A DNA stretch of 35,558 bases from Candidatus Micrarchaeota archaeon (lineage in GTDB: Archaea; B1Sed10-29; CAYVZL01), in NCBI GenBank assembly GCA_964456465.1, contig CAYVZL010000001.1:1-35558 (forward strand). The letters run 5' to 3'. A program made the translations under genes and the position numbers. The notes below the pieces were generated by a model that saw only the letters and a list, made by a program, of their open reading frames with translations, did not search any database and had not been told where the DNA came from. Shown one piece after another: positions 9,546 through 16,722 of this stretch (position 1 is the first letter of the stretch; each line of letters opens with the position of its first letter).

Positions 9546-9974
9546 CTAACCAGTCAATGAGCGCGCTTTCTCAGCCAAATCGTTATACTGCTTCTCGAGG
9601 TTCGCTAATAGTTTTTGGTAGTTGGTTATGTTGGTCCTTATGTCGCCATCCCTCGATTGGAGTATCTTCTCAGCGTCTGTAATATCCTTTTCGATGATAG
9701 CGCCGGCCCCCACATCCACCAAGAGCTTGTCCTGCTTCATTAGCACGCCTTTCGCGAACATGCCGGAGCCAAGCGGATAGAGTGAACTGGCGTCCTTCTT
9801 CAGGTCTTTTATCGAATCCAGAGAGATCTTGGTGGTCCCTATCTCGATCAGCCCCCGCTCCAGAACCTGTAGTTGGCCCTGGACCGCAGCGATCTGACTC
9901 TCCAGATATTTTAGATTGACCAGGATTTCTTTCATCTGGTTTTCCTTGCTTTTCTCGGATGCTTTTTCAGCCAT
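9546..9974 (-). CDS. pfdA: Prefoldin alpha subunit
   Basis: 142 aa with coiled coil, central beta-hairpin region (YPLGSGMFAKGVL...VDVGAG) and coiled coil. Sits at the conserved position next to aIF6/L31e/L39e and ftsY. Confidence 0.75.
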   Translation of the reverse strand: MAEKASEKSKENQMKEILVNLKYLESQIAAVQGQLQVLERGLIEIGTTKISLDSIKDLKKDASSLYPLGSGMFAKGVLMKQDKLLVDVGAGAIIEKDITDAEKILQSRDGDIRTNITNYQKLLANLEKQYNDLAEKARSLTG

Positions 9975-9998
9975 TTCTTGTTCACCTATAGGTTATCG

Positions 9999-10637
9999 TT
10001 ATTTGAGCATAAAAACCTCGTCTACGCGCTGCATCTCAGGGCCGCTCGTAAACTTGCCGACCAGTATGCCTTTCTTATTGCCCATGATGCCCGACTTGAC
10101 CAGCGGGTCGCCGAAGTTTAGCGTCCCGATGTCCCCCTTTACCCTGAGGACAGCATGGATCTCTTCAAGTTCTTTCTGGGACGCATCCCTGTGGGCAAGG
10201 AAGCCGTGGTTGTTGGCATATATGGCCGAGCCGATGAGGTCCGAGTCCGCCACTCTTATTCTCTTTGCAGGGATCTCGTCGATGCTTTTAATATACCTGC
10301 TGCAGACCGCGCCATGGCCGTTCAGGCAGATCAGGTTTCCTAACGCGGTGTATCTCTCGTTTAGCACGACTATCTCGGAAACATGGTCTTTCAGGACCTT
10401 GATCTCTTCTTTCTCTATTACATCCGGGATTATTATCTTAGAGTTGTTCATGCAAGCGAAAATGCCGAGCAAAGGGGTGCCTGCAAGAGTCGTCCTGACC
10501 ACTTCCACGCCCAGCTCAGATTTAAGTAAGTGTTCGAATCTGGCCGGGGCGGAGTATGGGACAAAGGCCACATGGTCGTTCAGCAGACAGAATACCCCTA
10601 TGTGCGGCGACCCGTTGAACTCGGTTTTGATTATCAT
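9999..10637 (-). CDS. eif6: Translation initiation factor 6 (aIF6)
   Basis: FNGSPHIGVF start of the pentein fold. Repeated (G)N(L/H)... segments. About 212 aa from ATG 10637 (MIIKTEFNG). Confidence 0.9.
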   Translation of the reverse strand: MIIKTEFNGSPHIGVFCLLNDHVAFVPYSAPARFEHLLKSELGVEVVRTTLAGTPLLGIFACMNNSKIIIPDVIEKEEIKVLKDHVSEIVVLNERYTALGNLICLNGHGAVCSRYIKSIDEIPAKRIRVADSDLIGSAIYANNHGFLAHRDASQKELEEIHAVLRVKGDIGTLNFGDPLVKSGIMGNKKGILVGKFTSGPEMQRVDEVFMLK

Positions 10638-10638
10638 G

Positions 10639-11094
10639 CTACTCGACGAAGTAAGCTCTGGCAAAGTCCTTGTAGACTTTTACGTTGAGCTTTATCTTCC
10701 TGGGCGGGTTTCGTATGCCCCGCGTCCAGATTGCCCGGTTGACGGATATGTCCAGCTTGGTATCCTTCTTTATGTGCCTCTTCAGCTGCTCTTTAAGGAC
10801 TCTTACAGCCGCTTTCGCCCTCTTCTTCCTCGGTGCTTTCCACGCCTCTCTCAGGGACAGAGTGATGACCTTCTCCTCAAGAACCTCCTCCGGCTTCTTC
10901 AGTTCCTTCTTGACTTCTTTCTTCTCCTCGGTCTTCTTGGGAGCTTTCTCTTCCATCGCGGGCTTTTTCTCTTCGACTTTGGCCTCAACCTTTTCAGCAG
11001 CCAGCTCTTCCTTTTTCTTCTCGGCTTTCTCTTCCTCTTTTATCTTCGCTTTTACTTCTTTCGCAACATCAGCTTTCTTTGCCATAATCATCAC
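10639..11094 (-). CDS. rpl31e: 50S ribosomal protein L31e with ~65-aa Lys/Glu-rich N-terminal extension
   Basis: Core ITLSLREAWKAPRKKRAKAAVRVLKEQ...NRAIWTRGIRNPPRKIKL matches L31e. It is preceded by KEKE-type low complexity (AKEVKAKIKEEEKAEKKKEEL...). Confidence 0.85.
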   Translation of the reverse strand: MMIMAKKADVAKEVKAKIKEEEKAEKKKEELAAEKVEAKVEEKKPAMEEKAPKKTEEKKEVKKELKKPEEVLEEKVITLSLREAWKAPRKKRAKAAVRVLKEQLKRHIKKDTKLDISVNRAIWTRGIRNPPRKIKLNVKVYKDFARAYFVE

Positions 11095-11318
11095 TTGGAT
11101 TTTTTATTGAACTTGGGGTTTCGGTGCTTGACCAGCCTCGCGGCCTTCTTCTTGTGCTGGGTCTTTAGTCTTAACTTATCGAAACGCCAGTTCCTGCTCC
11201 TGCTTCGCCTTATGTCTCGGTCTTTCGTCTTCAGGTAGACCCATACTGGAGCTTTTTTATTCTTCGTCTTCGCTCTAATCAGATGCTCCTTGAACTTCTT
11301 GTCCTTGTGTCTCGCCAT
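11091..11318 (-). CDS. rpl39e: 50S ribosomal protein L39e with basic C-terminal tail
   Basis: KKAPVWVYLKTKDRDIRRSRSRNWRFDKL is the L39e core. 75 aa against the usual ~50. ATGA overlap with the L31e start. Confidence 0.8.
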   Translation of the reverse strand: MARHKDKKFKEHLIRAKTKNKKAPVWVYLKTKDRDIRRSRSRNWRFDKLRLKTQHKKKAARLVKHRNPKFNKKSK

Positions 11319-11322
11319 GGAA

Positions 11323-11631
11323 TCACTTTCTTATAATCTTGGTCTCCCGTTTTGTCGAGAGCTTCGTTAATATCTGCTTGAACAGCTCTTCGTTGATTTG
11401 TTGTTTCAGCTGGCCTGTCTGGTAAAGATAGGCAAGCATGGCCTCTATCTTCTCAGCCTGAAGCGGGTTTGCCGCCCTGATGTTTCCCAGCCTTTCCTGC
11501 GCTTTCGGGTCCAGCAGCTTTTGTATCAGCATCTGCCTTTGGAGCTCTTCCTGCTCTCTTTGCTCCTGCTCTTGCAACCTTTGCTGCAGCTCGGCCAACT
11601 TTCTCCTCTTCAAATCTTCTAGCTCGCTCAC
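11323..11631 (-). CDS. PDCD5/TFAR19-like dsDNA-binding protein
   Basis: RRKLAELQQRLQ...LLDPKAQERLGNIRAANPLQAEKIE matches the archaeal PDCD5-related family usually found beside S19e. GTG start preceded by GGGGGAG. Confidence 0.75.
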   Translation of the reverse strand: MSELEDLKRRKLAELQQRLQEQEQREQEELQRQMLIQKLLDPKAQERLGNIRAANPLQAEKIEAMLAYLYQTGQLKQQINEELFKQILTKLSTKRETKIIRK

Positions 11632-12052
11632 GTTTCTCCCCCGTGTAAAACTCCATTACAGTCTTGTCTATGAAGGATCGTCCTTTCGATGTAAGAGCCC
11701 TTCCTGTCTTCTCCTTCTTAACATAACCGGCGCTCTCTAGCTGTTGTAGCGCCTTTCGAATTATAGAACCGCCAGCATCGACATGGTGCTCTGGGCTACT
11801 GCCGTAGGATTTGCTTCTTCCGTACCAGGTCCTGAGCTTGCCCACGCCCACGTTCTTTTCCAGATAGAGCTTTCTCAGGATAGAGGCAGCCCTAACGTAC
11901 CAGAAGTCCTTCTCTTGGGGCTTTCTCTCGGCATGCGGTCCTGTCTTAGCATAGCCCATCCATACCGGTGCTTTAATAGCGCTCTCGCTCTTGAGCTTTT
12001 CGGCCAGTTTCTTGATGAGCTCGTCCGCTGGAGCCTCTAACGCTGATACCAT
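11453..12052 (-). CDS. rps19e: 30S ribosomal protein S19e (open frame runs ~60 aa past the conserved core into the next gene)
   Basis: FWYVRAASILRKLYL, GGSIIRKALQQLESAGYV and GRALTSKGRSFIDK are S19e hallmarks within aa 1-137. The remaining Ala/Lys/Gly-rich tail is the alternative frame of the PDCD5-like gene. Confidence 0.85.
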   Translation of the reverse strand: MVSALEAPADELIKKLAEKLKSESAIKAPVWMGYAKTGPHAERKPQEKDFWYVRAASILRKLYLEKNVGVGKLRTWYGRSKSYGSSPEHHVDAGGSIIRKALQQLESAGYVKKEKTGRALTSKGRSFIDKTVMEFYTGEKRERARRFEEEKVGRAAAKVARAGAKRAGRAPKADADTKAAGPESAGKAGKHQGGKPASG

Positions 12053-12280
12053 TCACTCACTTTTTTTCTTCTTTAGAACAACCGTAAACCCTATCGTCTT
12101 GATGACCTCGGCTTTCGGTAAATTAGAAACCTCGTTTAGTATTTTATCGAAGTCACTTTTCTTAGATTTTAGCACCTTAACCCTTATTAATCCTTTCGCC
12201 TTGAGCCTGGCGCTAATCTCCTTTTTCACGCTTTCTGTCAGGCCGTTTTTGCCTACATTAATGGTATCCAAACAAATCAC
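12053..12280 (-). CDS. YhbY/CRM-domain RNA-binding protein
   Basis: INVGKNGLTESVKKEISARLKAKGLIRVKVL matches the YhbY (CRS1/YhbY) GKNGLT...IKVK pattern. 75 aa, GTGA overlap with the rnp4 stop. Confidence 0.6.
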   Translation of the reverse strand: MICLDTINVGKNGLTESVKKEISARLKAKGLIRVKVLKSKKSDFDKILNEVSNLPKAEVIKTIGFTVVLKKKKSE

Positions 12281-12588
12281 TTATAGACATATTTTTTCTT
12301 GTGTCCGCATTCGAGGCATGTATAGACCATCGCCTTAGTGTTGCGATCTGCTCTGATGGCCAGGTTAAAGCCCGGTAGTAAGAAAGCGTCGCATTTCTTG
12401 CATATCTTTCTCTTGTGCTCTTTGGGTATCGTCACATTGTACTTGGACGATAGTTTTTTGGCCAATTCTACATAGCGGCGGGTCCTCTCCGGGTGCTTTT
12501 TCAGGTTAGACTCGGCCAGATCGAGCAGTTTGGCTATCCGTTTCCATGCCGTCTCCTTGACCCATTTCGGCTTGGAGCTTCTTCTCAT
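12277..12588 (-). CDS. rnp4: RNase P protein component 4 (Rpp21/Rpr2)
   Basis: Helical N-terminus (RIAKLLDLAE...RRYVELAKKLS) then zinc ribbon CKKCDAFLLPG...CLECGHKK. Confidence 0.8.
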   Translation of the reverse strand: MRRSSKPKWVKETAWKRIAKLLDLAESNLKKHPERTRRYVELAKKLSSKYNVTIPKEHKRKICKKCDAFLLPGFNLAIRADRNTKAMVYTCLECGHKKKYVYK

Positions 12589-12595
12589 GTCATCA

Positions 12596-12696
12596 TGCGT
12601 CGACAGGGATTTGAACCCTGGTTGTTAGCTGTTCTCGCGTTCCGGCAGAACCGAAACGTATGGAAGGCTAACGTCCTACCACTAGACTATCGACGC
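12596..12696 (-). tRNA. tRNA-Gly(UCC) with ~30-nt intron at or near the canonical 37/38 position
   Basis: Hand fold of the minus strand: GCGTCGA/TA/GTCT-AGTGGTA-GGAC/G/TTAGC-CTTCCA[intron]-GCTAA/CAAC/CAGGG-TTCAAAT-CCCTG/TCGACGC/A. G1-C72, C2-G71, G3-C70 and A73 fit Gly identity. Confidence 0.75.
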
Positions 12697-12942
12697 TCAG
12701 GTTATGTCTTTTCCACCGTAAATCTTGCCCTTGTCCGGTTTTCCCTCGCGGAATGCCAGCTTCTTGCCCTTCACATAGGGCGAAATGAATATCAGCCCGA
12801 TTATGATTAACAGTATGAGCAGGAGGAATACGATCAGATTCTCCGGCGTCACATTCTGCAGGTCTATGCTTTCCCAACCTCTTTTTAGGTAGATTATAGC
12901 TGCTACGCAGATGGCCAGCAGCACGTACAATGTCTTTCCCAT
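12697..12942 (-). CDS. Small membrane protein (81 aa, two hydrophobic helices)
   Basis: The ORF sits between tRNA genes with two clear TM segments (LYVLLAICVAAIIYL; IVFLLLILLIIIGLIFI). No recognisable family. Confidence 0.4.
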   Translation of the reverse strand: MGKTLYVLLAICVAAIIYLKRGWESIDLQNVTPENLIVFLLLILLIIIGLIFISPYVKGKKLAFREGKPDKGKIYGGKDIT

Positions 12943-12950
12943 GTTCTCAG

Positions 12951-13024
12951 TGGGGCAAGCGGGATTTGAACCCGCGACACCACGGTCTTCAGCCGTGTGC
13001 TCTCCCGGGCTGAGCTACCGCCCC
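12951..13024 (-). tRNA. tRNA-Phe(GAA), intron-less
   Basis: Minus strand: GGGGCGG/TA/GCTC-AGCCCGGGA-GAGC/A/CACGG-CTGAAGA-CCGTG/GTGTC/GCGGG-TTCAAAT-CCCGC/TTGCCCC/A. Confidence 0.9.
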
Positions 13025-13028
13025 GTTA

Positions 13029-13131
13029 CGGGCCTGACGCGATTTGAACGCGTGACTCCTGGATTAAAAGTCCAGTACTCTTGATTATTTACGATAGACC
13101 GTAAATATCTACCAGACTGAGTTACAGGCCC
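13029..13131 (-). tRNA. tRNA-Lys(UUU) with 29-nt non-canonical intron at the D-loop/D-stem junction
   Basis: Minus strand: GGGCCTG/TA/ACTC-AGTCTGGTA-[gatatttacggtctatcgtaaataatcaa]-GAGT/A/CTGGA-CTTTTAA-TCCAG/GAGTC/ACGCG-TTCAAAT-CGCGT/CAGGCCC/G. The insert (13081-13109) contains an 8-bp hairpin, TATTTACG/CGTAAATA. Confidence 0.75.
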
Positions 13132-13201
13132 AAGACTGCCACTCATTTATAATAAGAATGAGTGTTTATATTCCTATCTCGATATTTAAAAAGGTTATAT
13201 A

Positions 13202-13708
13202 ATGATAACGGTTTTGAGGCTCGGCCATCGGAAGAAACGGGACGCGCGATTGTCGACTCACTGCGGCCTGGCTGCGAGAGCTCTTGGCGCTGATTCCATC
13301 GTCTATTCCGGCGAGAAGGACCAAAAACTGCTGGAGAGCGTCAAGAAGGTCAGCAAGAACTGGGGCGGGAGATTCAAAGCCAGTTATGAGAAAGACTGGA
13401 GAAAGGCCATAAAGAGCTTCCGTGGCACTAAAGTCCACCTGACGATGTACGGTCTGCCTATCCAGGACCAGATGAAGAAGGTTAGGCGGGAGGGGAACGT
13501 TCTTGTGATAATCGGGGGGGAGAAAGTGCCTGGCTGGGTCTATCACAGCGTCGACTATAATCTTGCTGTCACTAACCAGCCCCACAGCGAGGTGGCTGCG
13601 CTTGCCGTTTTTTTGCATGAGTTTTTCGCCGGGAGAGAGCTCAAGAAGAAGTTCGACGGGCGTCTGAAAATCGTTCCGCAGGAGTTCGGAAAAAGGATAT
13701 CCATATAA
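13202..13708 (+). CDS. tRNA (cytidine56-2'-O)-methyltransferase aTrm56 (SPOUT)
   Basis: MITVLRLGHRKKRDARLSTHCGLAARALGAD and VLVIIGGEKVP...NQPHSEVAALAVFL match the aTrm56 family. 168 aa. Confidence 0.8.
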   Translation: MITVLRLGHRKKRDARLSTHCGLAARALGADSIVYSGEKDQKLLESVKKVSKNWGGRFKASYEKDWRKAIKSFRGTKVHLTMYGLPIQDQMKKVRREGNVLVIIGGEKVPGWVYHSVDYNLAVTNQPHSEVAALAVFLHEFFAGRELKKKFDGRLKIVPQEFGKRISI

Positions 13709-13739
13709 AGTTGTGTTGCTAAGAATATATACCGATGCG

Positions 13740-14249
13740 ATGAAACTTAGGATGGATAATCCATTGGTTGCTGATTTTGTAACTACCAATGCCGGTGACG
13801 CGGCTTTCGCGGTCGTGAAGACTCTTGACAATGTCGATAAGGGCCTCACTGACGAGCAGATAACGAAAAAGACCAAGACCGACGTTAATGAAGTCCGGGC
13901 TATCCTCAACAAATTACACTATCTTGGGATCATAGCTTATTCTAAGGAAAAGGCCAAGGAGAGCAACTGGTACAACTACACCTGGTTCTTGAAGAAGGAT
14001 AGGATAAAGGAGCTCATTGCCGAAAGATCTAAAGATGAGCTGGACAAACTGCAGAAAAAACTGAAGTATGAGCAGAACTATACGTTCTTCAAGTGCTCCA
14101 ATGGCTGCGAAAAGCTCCCTTTCGAGCTGGCGTGCGAGTATAACTTCAAGTGCCCGGAGTGCGGTACCGCGATGGAATCTATGGACGACCAAACGGATAA
14201 AGATGCGATAACTAAGAGGATAACTGAGATAAAGAAGTTCCTAGAATAA
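13740..14249 (+). CDS. tfe: Transcription factor E (TFE/TFIIE-alpha homologue)
   Basis: N-terminal winged helix (DEQITKKTKTDVNEVRAILNKLHYLGII). C-terminal zinc ribbon (FKCSNGC...FKCPECG). Start uncertain: ATG 13740 versus GTG 13713. Confidence 0.7.
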   Translation: MKLRMDNPLVADFVTTNAGDAAFAVVKTLDNVDKGLTDEQITKKTKTDVNEVRAILNKLHYLGIIAYSKEKAKESNWYNYTWFLKKDRIKELIAERSKDELDKLQKKLKYEQNYTFFKCSNGCEKLPFELACEYNFKCPECGTAMESMDDQTDKDAITKRITEIKKFLE

Positions 14250-14273
14250 GGACCGCTGTTTCTTGAAAATACT

Positions 14274-14298
14274 AAAAAAATCGTACAAAATTAAAAAA
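14274..14298 (-). terminator. Oligo-T terminator tracts downstream of the pilin gene
   Basis: The minus strand after the stop at 14313 reads ...TTTTTTAATTTTGTACGATTTTTTT, typical archaeal poly-T termination signals. Confidence 0.4.
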
Positions 14299-14312
14299 TC
14301 AAGTTAGTGGTT

Positions 14313-14765
14313 TTATACTGCTTTGATGTTGAACTGCGCGATGTCCCTCTGGTCCGCAATTCCGCCGGTCGCGGTGTACGTTGTTGTCACCGTGAACTTA
14401 TAGAACGACCCGGCAGTCACGCCCGGAGCTACAGGTGCTGTTAGGATTACTGCAATCTGACCTGTTTGTCCGCCCGCCTGTATTACCTGCGATACTACAC
14501 CGGAAGATCCCGTGATATCGCCAGCTGCATCTACCTGCGTGACAGTAACTTGGCCCCCGGTCTTGTCACCAAGTATCAGCGTCAGTGTTGTTCCTGTCAG
14601 CTTCTTGTCTATTACTTTGAACGCGCTTCCCTCTGAGACTGATTCTCCTGCCCACTTGGCGGGGCTGAAGACTCCATAGTACCAGAGCACTGCTAATACA
14701 ACTAGAATTACCAGAATCGCCCAACCGTAGGTAATGAGGTACTCTAGTGCTGTTTGTCCTTTCAT
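14313..14765 (-). CDS. Type IV pilin-like protein (class III signal peptide, Q+1/E+5; candidate major pilin)
   Basis: MKGQ|TALEYLITYGWAILVILVVLAVLWYYG: basic residue-Gly-Gln cleavage context, Glu at +5, then a hydrophobic helix. Thr/Gly/Val-rich beta-type body. Has its own TATA and GGGGTGA SD. Confidence 0.7.
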   Translation of the reverse strand: MKGQTALEYLITYGWAILVILVVLAVLWYYGVFSPAKWAGESVSEGSAFKVIDKKLTGTTLTLILGDKTGGQVTVTQVDAAGDITGSSGVVSQVIQAGGQTGQIAVILTAPVAPGVTAGSFYKFTVTTTYTATGGIADQRDIAQFNIKAV

Positions 14766-14810
14766 TAAATTTCACCCCTTAATATTATGATAGCAATAAG
14801 CAAAGAGGCA

Positions 14811-14818
14811 TTTATAAA
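14811..14818 (-). promoter_or_regulatory. TATA box (TTTATAAA) for the stand-alone pilin gene
   Basis: Palindromic TTTATAAA about 46-53 nt upstream of ATG 14765, followed by GGGGTGA 7 nt before the ATG. Confidence 0.4.
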
Positions 14819-14830
14819 TCTTTCGCCTGT

Positions 14831-15856
14831 CTATCGCAGTATATCGGCGAAAGCGCTGCTAACCAGCAAGTAACCGATGAAATAGACGGCGAGAGCTGCG
14901 CTAACGAACATGGGAATATACTTTATCCCTCGTCTGGAGGCGCCGTACTTGATGAGCCCTATCGAGAGGGAGCCGAAGGATGTCGTTATTAGGATGCAAG
15001 CGACTGCAAAAATCCTGACCTCGTCGAAAGTGAGGGCGTTCTCCTGCGAGACCTTGAGGACAGAGACCTCGCCTTGCTGCGACATGCCTCCGGCAAAGCC
15101 GCCTGCGGATGATTCCTGCGACTGGGACTGCCAAATCTTGTTGGTCGCCTGTACATAGAAACTGGAGACTGCGAACAGCATTGGTGCTGCCATGACTGAA
15201 GCGAATATTATGAATATGGTGTACATGGTCGTGGCCGCGGTTATCTCGTTCTTGAGCGCCTGGTTGGTCCTTATGTCGCCCGCTATCTCTGTAAGGAGGT
15301 TGGCCAGGGCGCCTCCGAGCTGTATGCCTTGGATGAGCAGGAGATACGCTCGGTCGAGAATGACGGATTTGACCCTTTTGGCGGATTCGGTCAGGGCTTG
15401 GGTGACCGGCTTACCGCCGAGGGTCTCTGCGGCCATCTTCCTTAGTTCTTTCTCAAATGGTCCGAACTCAGGCCTGGCGCACAGCCAGAGCGCTTTGTCT
15501 ATCGTCATGCCAGCCCTGATGTTGGCGGCCACCAGCTGTAACGCCTCTGGAAGGTAGTTCTCGATTTGCGCGGCCCTTGCATCCGACAACAGCGCTATCC
15601 TGACATAGAAGAAGGCCATGATGATCGCGCCGGTGATAAATCCGAGGGGCAGGGCGTATATGGGCGGCGCACCTATATTGAGGAAGAACATCGCCGAGAC
15701 GAAACCGCTCAGGATTGACAGGAGCAGGGTAAAGCCGATATAGGCTCTTGCGTCTATCTTGAGGTCGGCTGTTATCATGTACTGCTCGTATTTCTTGACG
15801 ATTCCCTTCGGGACTATCGACGAGACTTTTACGTAAAGCTTCGAATACACGTTCAT
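14831..15856 (-). CDS. Type IV pilus platform protein, TadC/FlaJ/PilC-like (T2SSF domain), second copy
   Basis: Polytopic protein with cytoplasmic helical T2SSF-like segment (LPEALQLVAANIRAGMTIDKALW...). ATG 15856 makes an ATGA overlap with the upstream platform gene; the track ORF extends to 16039. Confidence 0.75.
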   Translation of the reverse strand: MNVYSKLYVKVSSIVPKGIVKKYEQYMITADLKIDARAYIGFTLLLSILSGFVSAMFFLNIGAPPIYALPLGFITGAIIMAFFYVRIALLSDARAAQIENYLPEALQLVAANIRAGMTIDKALWLCARPEFGPFEKELRKMAAETLGGKPVTQALTESAKRVKSVILDRAYLLLIQGIQLGGALANLLTEIAGDIRTNQALKNEITAATTMYTIFIIFASVMAAPMLFAVSSFYVQATNKIWQSQSQESSAGGFAGGMSQQGEVSVLKVSQENALTFDEVRIFAVACILITTSFGSLSIGLIKYGASRRGIKYIPMFVSAALAVYFIGYLLVSSAFADILR

Positions 15857-16722
15857 ACTGCTGGCCTCTTGCTTTTGACGAAATTCATGAAGAACAGCTG
15901 GAATCCTAAAAGGAAGGCGCCTATCATCGGGTATATTATCTTCGGGATTATGGCCCCGGAGAATGCTGAGATTACTACGAGGAACGTAACCCCCAAGCTG
16001 GGAATAATCACGGCAGCCACCATGTAAATCATCGTCCATGGATTGAGCTCTTGGCCGTATCGTCTGATGGCGGTGATCTGCTCTTTAGTCAGGTCCTCTA
16101 TAATCGCCTTGAGCGCATCCCCTATGTCCGCGCCGCTGGTGATGGCGTTGCTAATCTGCCAAAGTCCTCTCCTGAAAGCGAACGATGGGTTCCTCTTTAC
16201 CGAGTCATTTAGGGCATCGACCTCTTTCGCGCCCGTGTTTATGTCCTTTATGACGCGCTTGAACTCCAGGGAGACTTCGCCGTAGCCTTTCGTGATGCCG
16301 GCCATGGCGTTGAACAGAGGGACTCCTGACTTTACCTCAATCAGCAGGTGCCTGAGCGCCGGGACCAGGTTCTTCTCAAGTTCCCTCATCCTCCTCTTCG
16401 CCACAATCTTGGGGTAATATAGGCCGGAAATCATCATGAATCCTCCAAACGCCAGCGCCAGAAGTATATTGATTGGGAATAAGTTTATACTCAAAATCAG
16501 GCTGAGGAAAACAAACACTAGCAGTATCATGACGATATAGAAAAGGGCAGTTATGAGCACCATCGAGATGTACTCTCTGACGTCAATGTCCATCTTAGCC
16601 TGGGCCAGATCCGACTTTAATGAGGGCACGCTCTTGTTTATGGGGTCGGCAAAGACGTAGAAATACTTGGAAAGCCGCTTCATGACCTTGGGTGGAAAAG
16701 GAGCGAACGGCAGTCTGTTCAT
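15853..16722 (-). CDS. Type IV pilus platform protein, TadB/FlaJ/PilC-like (T2SSF domain), first copy
   Basis: LVPALRHLLIEVKSGVPLFNAMAGI... T2SSF-like cytoplasmic domain flanked by TM helices. ATGA overlap with the ATPase stop. Confidence 0.75.
   Translation of the reverse strand: MNRLPFAPFPPKVMKRLSKYFYVFADPINKSVPSLKSDLAQAKMDIDVREYISMVLITALFYIVMILLVFVFLSLILSINLFPINILLALAFGGFMMISGLYYPKIVAKRRMRELEKNLVPALRHLLIEVKSGVPLFNAMAGITKGYGEVSLEFKRVIKDINTGAKEVDALNDSVKRNPSFAFRRGLWQISNAITSGADIGDALKAIIEDLTKEQITAIRRYGQELNPWTMIYMVAAVIIPSLGVTFLVVISAFSGAIIPKIIYPMIGAFLLGFQLFFMNFVKSKRPAV

Noticed and set aside
9916-11238. Long antisense or alternative-frame ORFs, e.g. 9916-11238 (+, 440 aa), 13166-13912 (-, 248 aa), 4165-4758 (+, 197 aa), 21941-22483 (-)
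   Set aside because: They lie opposite or out of frame to genes with strong family signatures. Their composition is low-complexity (Ser/Leu/Phe or Arg/Pro/Gly-rich), typical of shadow frames, and they lack start-site context.
14831-16039. 402-aa version of the second platform protein overlapping the first by 187 nt
   Set aside because: The N-terminal 61 residues (MDDDLHGGCRDYSQ...) are the alternative frame of the upstream gene. An ATG at 15856 gives a clean ATGA junction and a normal T2SSF protein.
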